Assembly: GCA_043808945.1 (NCBI GenBank)
Contig: JAZDEI010000077.1
Coordinates: forward strand, 1-34,600
Length of the DNA stretch: 34,600 nt
Direction of reading: 5' to 3'
From: Fidelibacterota bacterium
Lineage (GTDB): Bacteria; Fidelibacterota; UBA2242
In this document: piece after piece, positions 28,110-34,600 of the stretch
How positions within the stretch are numbered: position 1 is the first letter of the stretch
Layout: every line of letters starts with the position of its first letter
Made by a program: the position numbers and the translations under genes
The notes under the pieces: model-generated
Seen by the model: only the letters and a program-made list of their open reading frames with translations
Database searches by the model: none
What the model was told of the DNA's origin: nothing

Positions 28110-28138
28110 AATATAAGCAGGCGCTAATCCAGAACCAA
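28110..28138 (-). promoter_or_regulatory. Putative promoter giving a nearly leaderless gph mRNA
   Basis: Minus strand TTGGTT-N17-TATATT ending 8 nt before ATG 28101; no RBS. Confidence 0.5.
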
Positions 28139-28197
28139 AAGGGATATGCCTGGGGAATAGCGGGACAGGACTTTTTTAAGACCGTTCATTTGATAAC

Positions 28198-28226
28198 TTG
28201 TAGGTAAATCGCCTTTTGATTAATTT
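28198..28226 (+). promoter_or_regulatory. Putative promoter of glgP
   Basis: TTGTAG-N17-TAATTT, about 30 nt upstream of the ATG. Confidence 0.45.
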
Positions 28227-28257
28227 AGCAGGAGTTTTTTCAAATTTAAGGAGATTA

Positions 28258-30819
28258 ATGAAACCGATTCAAGCCTTTACTGTTACGCCGATTCTTCCGA
28301 AAAAATTGGAAAAATTACGTGAACTGGCATATAATCTATGGTGGACCTGGAATTTCGACGCGCGCGATATATTTAGTCGTCTTGATATGGATTTATGGGA
28401 GGAAACCCGCCATAATCCGGTCGCTTTATTAAACCGGATTAAACAGGATGTACTGGAAGCGCGTGCTCAGGATGACAGCTATGTTTATCAATTACATCGC
28501 GTTTATGATAAATTCAACCGTTCGATGCAATCACAATCCTGGTTCGAGAAGACCGGAAAATACGATTCCATGTTATGTATCGCTTATTTTTCGATGGAAT
28601 ATGGTATTACAGAAAGCCTGGCGGTCTATTCGGGTGGTCTGGGAATTCTATCCGGAGATCATTTGAAATCGGCCTCGGAACTTGGTATTCCTTTGCACGC
28701 AGTCGGGCTTTCGTATCAATACGGATACTTTCAGCAAAAATTCAACGTCGATGATTACCAGGAAGAAGAATACCCGGTCAATGACTTTTACAATTCTCCC
28801 CTGATATTAATCAAGGATACGGACGGAAAGCAACTGTTGATTCAGGTTGCTTTTCCGGGCCGGACGGTCTATGCCCGTATCTGGAAAGCCCAGGTTGGAC
28901 GGATTCCCCTATATTTGCTCGATACCAATATTGCCGAAAACTCCGACGGCGATAAGAAAATTACTGCCGAACTGTACGGCGGCAATGCCGAAACCCGCAT
29001 CCAGCAGGAAATCATTCTGGGTATGGGCGGTTTTCATGCCCTGAAATTGGTTAATACTCCGGCATCAATCTGTCATATGAATGAGGGTCACTCGGCTTTT
29101 TCCGGACTGGAACGGATCAGAAGTGTCGTTAAAAATGCCGGCCTGACATTTTATGAGGCGCTGGAGATCATCAAAGCCGCCTCGGTTTTTACTACCCATA
29201 CACCGGTCCAGGCCGGGATCGATATTTTCCATTCGGATCTGATCCGGCGTTATTTCGATGATTATTGCAGGGACGTCGGAATCGAAATGGATGAATTGCT
29301 GGCGCTGGGGCGATCTGACCCGGACGATAATTCCGAGCAATTTTCGATGGCGATTCTGGCCATCAACCTGTCCAGCAAAACCAATGCGGTCAGTAAATTG
29401 CACGGGGAAGTCGCCCAGGAAATGTGGAAATCACTCTGGCCGAACATCCTGACCAAAGAGATTCCGATTTGCTATGTCACCAATGGGACGCATCAGGCCT
29501 CCTGGATTTCACAGGAAATGTCGGAACTGTTCGATCGCTACCTCGGTCCGGACTGGCACCGCGAGCCGGCCGATACCGGCATCTGGAAAAAAATCGAAAA
29601 AATCCCGGACGGCGAGTTATGGAGCACCCATGAACGCCGGCGGGAACGCCTGGTGGCTTTTGCACGCAAACAGCTGAGCAAGCAATACGTCGCCCTCGGT
29701 AAACCGCAACACATGGTTTCCCGCGTAAAAAGCATCCTGAACACTGATGCCCTGACGATTGGCTTTGCGCGGCGATTTGCGTCCTATAAACGAGCCTATC
29801 TGCTTTTCAGCGATCCCGAGCGCCTGGCGAAAATATTGACCAATAAGGCTTTTCCGGTACAAATTATTATCGCCGGAAAAGCACATCCGCATGACGAAGA
29901 AGGCAAGCAGGTTATCCGACGCATCCTGAAACTTTCTCATGAAGAACCATTTTATCAGCATGTCGCTTTTCTCGAAAATTATGACATGAACATGGCGCGT
30001 TATCTGGTACAGGGCTGTGATCTGTGGATCAACACTCCGCGGCGCGGACTGGAAGCCTGCGGAACAAGCGGTATGAAAGCCGCCGCGAATGGTGTATTGA
30101 ATTTCAGCACGATTGACGGCTGGTGGGATGAGATTTACCGACCGGGAATCGGTTGGGCGATCGGCACCCGTGAAATTTACGATGATAATGAATACTGGGA
30201 TCGCCAGGAGGCCAACATTATCTATAATGTGCTTGAGAATGAAATCATCCCGGCCTTTTTCCAGCGCGATAGTGATGACTTGCCGCGCGGCTGGATCACA
30301 TTGATGAAAGCCTCGATGAAAGAAATTTGTCCCCAATATAACTCTAATCGCATGCTCTATGATTATACCAATCATCTATATTTTCCGGCTGCTGTCAGAG
30401 CGAAGAAATTAGGTGATAATCAATATGCCCTTTCCAAAGAGCTGGCTCACTGGAAAGAAAAGATGCGCGACAATTGGGATTCGATCCGTTTCCTGAATAT
30501 AACAGCCGGACCGATCACCGATCTTTCGGTGAAAAGCCCGCTGGAAATTAAAGCCGAAATATATTTGGATGGATTGCAGGCCGAAGACCTTGACGTTCAA
30601 ATTTATTACGGCCGGGTTGACAGTGATGGGACGATAGTCGATGGTAATTTCATTTCGATGAATGTCGATACTGTCATAGATAACAAGAAAATTATCTATG
30701 CCGGCCAGATCGATGAATGGGAGAGCGGATTGAATGGCTACACGATCCGGATTATCCCGAAACATTCGGCACTCGAACATCCTTTTGAAGACGGATTAAT
30801 TCATTGGTTTGAAGAATAA
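28258..30819 (+). CDS. glgP: Alpha-glucan (glycogen/maltodextrin) phosphorylase
   Basis: LAYNLWWTW, YFSMEYG, YSGGLGILSGDHLKSAS, HMNEGH, GFARRFASYKR, EACGTSGMKA (PLP site); AAGGAG RBS supports ATG 28258. Confidence 0.97.
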   Translation: MKPIQAFTVTPILPKKLEKLRELAYNLWWTWNFDARDIFSRLDMDLWEETRHNPVALLNRIKQDVLEARAQDDSYVYQLHRVYDKFNRSMQSQSWFEKTGKYDSMLCIAYFSMEYGITESLAVYSGGLGILSGDHLKSASELGIPLHAVGLSYQYGYFQQKFNVDDYQEEEYPVNDFYNSPLILIKDTDGKQLLIQVAFPGRTVYARIWKAQVGRIPLYLLDTNIAENSDGDKKITAELYGGNAETRIQQEIILGMGGFHALKLVNTPASICHMNEGHSAFSGLERIRSVVKNAGLTFYEALEIIKAASVFTTHTPVQAGIDIFHSDLIRRYFDDYCRDVGIEMDELLALGRSDPDDNSEQFSMAILAINLSSKTNAVSKLHGEVAQEMWKSLWPNILTKEIPICYVTNGTHQASWISQEMSELFDRYLGPDWHREPADTGIWKKIEKIPDGELWSTHERRRERLVAFARKQLSKQYVALGKPQHMVSRVKSILNTDALTIGFARRFASYKRAYLLFSDPERLAKILTNKAFPVQIIIAGKAHPHDEEGKQVIRRILKLSHEEPFYQHVAFLENYDMNMARYLVQGCDLWINTPRRGLEACGTSGMKAAANGVLNFSTIDGWWDEIYRPGIGWAIGTREIYDDNEYWDRQEANIIYNVLENEIIPAFFQRDSDDLPRGWITLMKASMKEICPQYNSNRMLYDYTNHLYFPAAVRAKKLGDNQYALSKELAHWKEKMRDNWDSIRFLNITAGPITDLSVKSPLEIKAEIYLDGLQAEDLDVQIYYGRVDSDGTIVDGNFISMNVDTVIDNKKIIYAGQIDEWESGLNGYTIRIIPKHSALEHPFEDGLIHWFEE

Positions 30820-30832
30820 TTCGGTATAAATT
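30804..30832 (+). promoter_or_regulatory. Putative promoter of cobB, overlapping the glgP 3' end
   Basis: TTGGTT-N17-TAAATT. Confidence 0.45.
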
Positions 30833-30875
30833 CCGCCGGGTTAAAGACTAAATGGGAATTCGCAGACAATAAATA

Positions 30876-31643
30876 ATGAGTTTGATTAATAACGAAGGTA
30901 TCAAAGACCGGCTGGTGAAAGCCGAGCGGGTCGTCGTTTTAACCGGAGCAGGAATTTCCGCTGCAAGCGGTATTCCGACTTTTCGGGGTGAAAATGGCCT
31001 GTGGACGAAACTGGCGCCGGAAGAACTGGCCAGTTTTGAAGCCTTCTATCGTAACACGGCGATCGTCACGGAGTGGTATAAACATCGCCGTGACATCGTC
31101 GACGTCTGTCAGCCAAATGCCGCTCATATTGCCCTGACTGAATTAAGTAAACTTGTGCCGGAGTTTACTTTAATTACCCAGAACATCGACGGTTTACACC
31201 AGAGAGCCGGTAGTCGGGACGTGATCGAACTCCACGGCACTATCGCCGAAAATTACTGCGTACGCTGTGGCCGTCGCTATAGCACATCCGAATTCGACGA
31301 AGTTTTCGATCATTCATCGAATCATGTCCCACGGTGCTATTGTGGCGGACTCATTCGTCCGAATGTCGTTTGGTTCGGTGAACCGCTTCCATCCGAAGCT
31401 TACGAAAAAGCCTATACTGCCTCCCGAAAAGCTGATGTATTTCTTTCTGTCGGGACATCCGCTCAGGTCAGGCCGGCCGCCGATTTGCCATTAGTCGCCA
31501 AAGAGCAGGGTGCCCTGTTGATAGAAGTCAATATCACCAAAACGGTCTTATTTCCTTATACTGATCTCTTTCTGGAAGGTTCGGCTGATATAATCCTACC
31601 CCAATTCAACCGGGAGTACCAAGCGCTGATTGTAAAAGTTTGA
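30876..31643 (+). CDS. cobB: NAD-dependent protein deacylase (sirtuin, class III-like)
   Basis: TGAGISAASGIPTFRG, WYKHR (YxxR), TQNIDGLH, ELHG, CVRC...CYC zinc site, RPNVVWFGE, VGTS. Confidence 0.95.
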   Translation: MSLINNEGIKDRLVKAERVVVLTGAGISAASGIPTFRGENGLWTKLAPEELASFEAFYRNTAIVTEWYKHRRDIVDVCQPNAAHIALTELSKLVPEFTLITQNIDGLHQRAGSRDVIELHGTIAENYCVRCGRRYSTSEFDEVFDHSSNHVPRCYCGGLIRPNVVWFGEPLPSEAYEKAYTASRKADVFLSVGTSAQVRPAADLPLVAKEQGALLIEVNITKTVLFPYTDLFLEGSADIILPQFNREYQALIVKV

Positions 31644-31677
31644 TCCCAATAAAATTTTCTTCTGACCGAGCAGAAAT

Positions 31678-33615
31678 ATGAACACATTTTTTAAGATCGA
31701 GTCTGTCAAAATCCTGTTTATCACCGGATTACTGTCCCTGTTTTTTGGTTGCGCATACTACAATACCTATTACAATGCCGAGCAATATTTCCTCGATGGA
31801 GAGAAAGAGTATAATGCTCTCACCGATGGAAAAGTCAACGCGGCGCTCAGGAAAAAATTCGATACAGCCATCGAAAAAGCCAACCGTGTCATCGCGCTTT
31901 ATCCGACCAGTCGCTGGGTCGACAATTCGTTGTATATCGTAGCCTTATCCAGCTATTATAAGGGCGACTATAACATCGCCCGCAAGAAATTTGAGGAATT
32001 CGCCAATAAATATGCGGACAGCGAGCTTTATCCCGAAGCGATGATCTGGTACGGTCGTAATCTTTGGAAAATGGGCGAGAAGGATCTGGCCTTTTTCCAG
32101 TGGAAGAAAATTATCAATCTCACAACCGATAATGAATTGCTGGCGGAACTCTATGCATCGATCGGAGCATTATATTTCAACGATAACGCCTATGATTCGG
32201 CTTTGTACTATTACAACAAAGCCACGGATTTCGGCCGAAATTATGATGTCGCCGCCGAGGCTCAGTACCGGATCGCAGAGATTAATTTGGCGAAGAATCA
32301 ACCCAAAGACGCCATAAAGAGTCTCAAGAAGATCAACCAATATTCACCGTCGCTTATCATGCGTGATAAAATGCAGATTCTGCTGGCCAGAATCTATCGC
32401 GAATCCGGGCAGTTCGATGAAGCTATCGAAATGATTAATGCCAAACTGAACGATCAGGTCAATGAGAATATCTGGGGCGATCTGGAACTGCAACTGGGAT
32501 TAATATATCTGGCACAAAAAGATTATGAATCCGCCATGTCGCGTTTTGCCCAGATTACGGAAAAATACAAGGGCAAACCGGTTGCGGCTACGGCCAATTA
32601 TAATCTGGCAGAGTTGAACATGACCTATACTCGTGATTATCAGCAAGCTCAGAATCAGTATGATAATGTCGTTAAAATAGATGCCAAAACATTAATGGCT
32701 TTTGAGGCCCGCAATAAATCGGCCGATATTAAACGCTTCTTTGTAATCAGGAAAAGACTCGATAATCTCGAAAAACAGGTTGTGGCGATTGATTTGAATC
32801 CGCCGGTCACGACCGATACGATCAAAACTGAACCCGAGATCACACAGAGCAAAGAAGAATTGAAAAAGGCACAGGAGAAGAAAAACACCGCCCAGAAGAA
32901 ATCGATCGACACCGTGGCGGTTTTTAACGAATACTTTACTTCAATGTACGAAATCGCGGAAATCTATTACTTTAATTTTAATCTGCTGGATTCGTCTGTA
33001 TTTTATCTTACCAAGGTCGTTGACTCGATTCCTTTTAATAATATGCGCGACAAAGCACTCTACGGCCTGTACCGGATTTTCATGGATTTGAAAGATCCGG
33101 AAAAAGCTGCCGAATATACTGTCCATTTGAAAGAGTGGTTTCCGCAATCACCATATCTGGCCGATATAGAGAAGAGACCGGTCAATCTGCCGCCGGATGA
33201 AGTCGCGGCTGAAAACTTATTGGTCGAAGCTGAAAATCTCTCGGCAACCGACCTGTATTCGGCCATCGATTTCTTTCAGGCAATCTATCAGAAATATCCG
33301 GATTCGCGATCGGCGGAAAAAAGTATTATAAATCTGGCCTATCTTTACCACCATAACCTGTTCGATTTGAAAAATGCCCTGACCTGGTATAAATATTATA
33401 TCGATACCTATCCCAAAGGGGAATCTTATCAGTCAATGAGAGTGGCCTACGAACAGTTGAAGGGCATCGAGACTGCGATAGCGACCCAGAATCAGGCTGC
33501 ACCGGTTGATTCGACTTTGTTGCCGCCCCAGACCACGGTTGCTCCCACGTTTATTGAGGATGAAAAGGAACAACAGAACAACGTTGAGGATGAAAGACCG
33601 GAAGAAGAGAGATGA
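31678..33615 (+). CDS. TPR-repeat lipoprotein (SprE/PorW-like N-terminus)
   Basis: Lipobox LFFGC followed by AYYNTYYNA...AIEKA...YPTSRWVD; many TPR/YPxS repeats. Confidence 0.85.
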   Translation: MNTFFKIESVKILFITGLLSLFFGCAYYNTYYNAEQYFLDGEKEYNALTDGKVNAALRKKFDTAIEKANRVIALYPTSRWVDNSLYIVALSSYYKGDYNIARKKFEEFANKYADSELYPEAMIWYGRNLWKMGEKDLAFFQWKKIINLTTDNELLAELYASIGALYFNDNAYDSALYYYNKATDFGRNYDVAAEAQYRIAEINLAKNQPKDAIKSLKKINQYSPSLIMRDKMQILLARIYRESGQFDEAIEMINAKLNDQVNENIWGDLELQLGLIYLAQKDYESAMSRFAQITEKYKGKPVAATANYNLAELNMTYTRDYQQAQNQYDNVVKIDAKTLMAFEARNKSADIKRFFVIRKRLDNLEKQVVAIDLNPPVTTDTIKTEPEITQSKEELKKAQEKKNTAQKKSIDTVAVFNEYFTSMYEIAEIYYFNFNLLDSSVFYLTKVVDSIPFNNMRDKALYGLYRIFMDLKDPEKAAEYTVHLKEWFPQSPYLADIEKRPVNLPPDEVAAENLLVEAENLSATDLYSAIDFFQAIYQKYPDSRSAEKSIINLAYLYHHNLFDLKNALTWYKYYIDTYPKGESYQSMRVAYEQLKGIETAIATQNQAAPVDSTLLPPQTTVAPTFIEDEKEQQNNVEDERPEEER

Positions 33616-34382
33616 GATTATTTAAAGATTCCGTTGTTCTGGTCAATCAAATGGAGGCCGAAGATATTTATCGGCTGGAATTTCCATTTCCGGAAATCAG
33701 CGAGATAGTTGCGCCCGGTCAGTTTGTCAATCTGTACTTTCCGGGGCGACCGCAACTGTTTCCGCGACCGTTCAGCGTGGCGGGAGTGCGCGGCGAGAAC
33801 ATTGTTATCCTGTATAAAAATATCGGTTGTCTGACGGCAGAGATGAGTCGATGGCAACCAGGTCAGGCGATCCGCGTTCTCGGGCCACTGGGTAACTGTT
33901 TTACAATTCAGGGTGAACATCATGTCATTCTGGCGGGCGGAGTCGGGCTGGCACCTTTGCTGTTTCTCAATAGCCGGCTCGCGTCGCTGAATCATTCGAG
34001 TTATCTTTTCATCGGCGCCCGGACTGTTGCTCAAATGCCGGCAACGAATGCAGTAACCGGAGAAATATTTACCGCTACGGATGACGGATCGCGTGGTTTT
34101 CACGGTAATGTGGTTGAATGTTTTCGCCAGAAATTGGATACGATACCACGACCGTTCAGCGTTTACGCGTGTGGCCCGGATGCAATGCTGGCCGCACTCT
34201 GGCGCATGTCGCTCGAACAAGGTTTTGATCTGCAGTTATCGCTGGAAAAAATCATGGCCTGCGGACTCGGAATCTGTCAGGGCTGTGCCATTAAACATGC
34301 TCGTGAGGATGAACATCCCCTGCGGTTAGCCTGCCAGGACGGGCCGGTTTTTAATGCTAAGGAATTGGATTTTAATGGTTGA
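33612..34382 (+). CDS. pyrK: Dihydroorotate dehydrogenase electron-transfer subunit
   Basis: [44 protein letters not shown]...CQDGPVF. Confidence 0.94.
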   Translation: MRLFKDSVVLVNQMEAEDIYRLEFPFPEISEIVAPGQFVNLYFPGRPQLFPRPFSVAGVRGENIVILYKNIGCLTAEMSRWQPGQAIRVLGPLGNCFTIQGEHHVILAGGVGLAPLLFLNSRLASLNHSSYLFIGARTVAQMPATNAVTGEIFTATDDGSRGFHGNVVECFRQKLDTIPRPFSVYACGPDAMLAALWRMSLEQGFDLQLSLEKIMACGLGICQGCAIKHAREDEHPLRLACQDGPVFNAKELDFNG

Positions 34383-34600
34383 TCTGCGCACGGAATTAAG
34401 ACCCGATTTTATTCTCAGGAATCCGCTGTTGACGGCCTCCGGAACTTACGGATACGGGCATGAGATTGCCGATTTGGTCGATCCGGAATTGTTTGGCGGA
34501 ATCGTCACCAAATCGCTGTCATTGAATCCGCGAGTCGGCAATCCACCACCGCGGATTGCTGAAACTCCGTCCGGTATGCTCAATTCGATCGGTTTGGCTA
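34375..34600 (+). CDS. pyrD: Dihydroorotate dehydrogenase family 1B catalytic subunit (3'-truncated by the window)
   Basis: Read directly from the DNA: [28 protein letters not shown]...GGIVTKS...[21 protein letters not shown]; overlaps the pyrK stop. Confidence 0.94.
   Translation, partial: MVDLRTELRPDFILRNPLLTASGTYGYGHEIADLVDPELFGGIVTKSLSLNPRVGNPPPRIAETPSGMLNSIGLA

Noticed and set aside
29617-30375. 252-aa antisense ORF inside glgP
   Set aside because: Shadow of a conserved gene with no recognisable motifs.
33618-34220. 200-aa antisense ORF inside pyrK, and similar antisense ORFs at 6295-6780, 7854-8369 and 4302-4775
   Set aside because: They overlap well-supported genes on the opposite strand and show no protein-family features.

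Overview
Mostly core-genome DNA from a diderm bacterium, probably of the FCB-related group (Marinimicrobia/Calditrichota/KSB1-like). This placement is inferred from a compact Bacteroidota-type sigma-70, an extended S16, a SprE/PorW-like TPR lipoprotein and a TonB receptor, combined with strong Shine-Dalgarno sites. Gene order: ktrB-ktrB-ktrA plus an output-less HAMP/PAS-like membrane protein and a propeller-like lipoprotein; ffh-rpsP-khpA-rimM-trmD-rplS; tauE (minus strand); groES-groEL; hypothetical gene, sigma factor, M23 peptidase; miaB-lapA-lapB-TPR/SPOR followed directly by tRNA-Sec; a TPP riboswitch and TonB-dependent receptor; polA, ABC-2 transporter, NDT-fold hydrolase, alr; HAD phosphatase (minus strand); glgP-cobB-TPR lipoprotein-pyrK-pyrD (truncated). 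No transposase, integrase, CRISPR array or recognisable defence gene was seen. The main candidates for a second look are the expanded Ktr locus with putative accessory proteins, a ~17-aa insertion in GroEL, a helically phased TGAC array before polA, a degenerate ABC ATPase coupled to a predicted dNMP N-glycosidase, an orphan tRNA-Sec, a TPP aptamer overlapping its RBS, and a sigma-54-like groESL promoter. All calls come from reading motifs by eye; no database searches were run.
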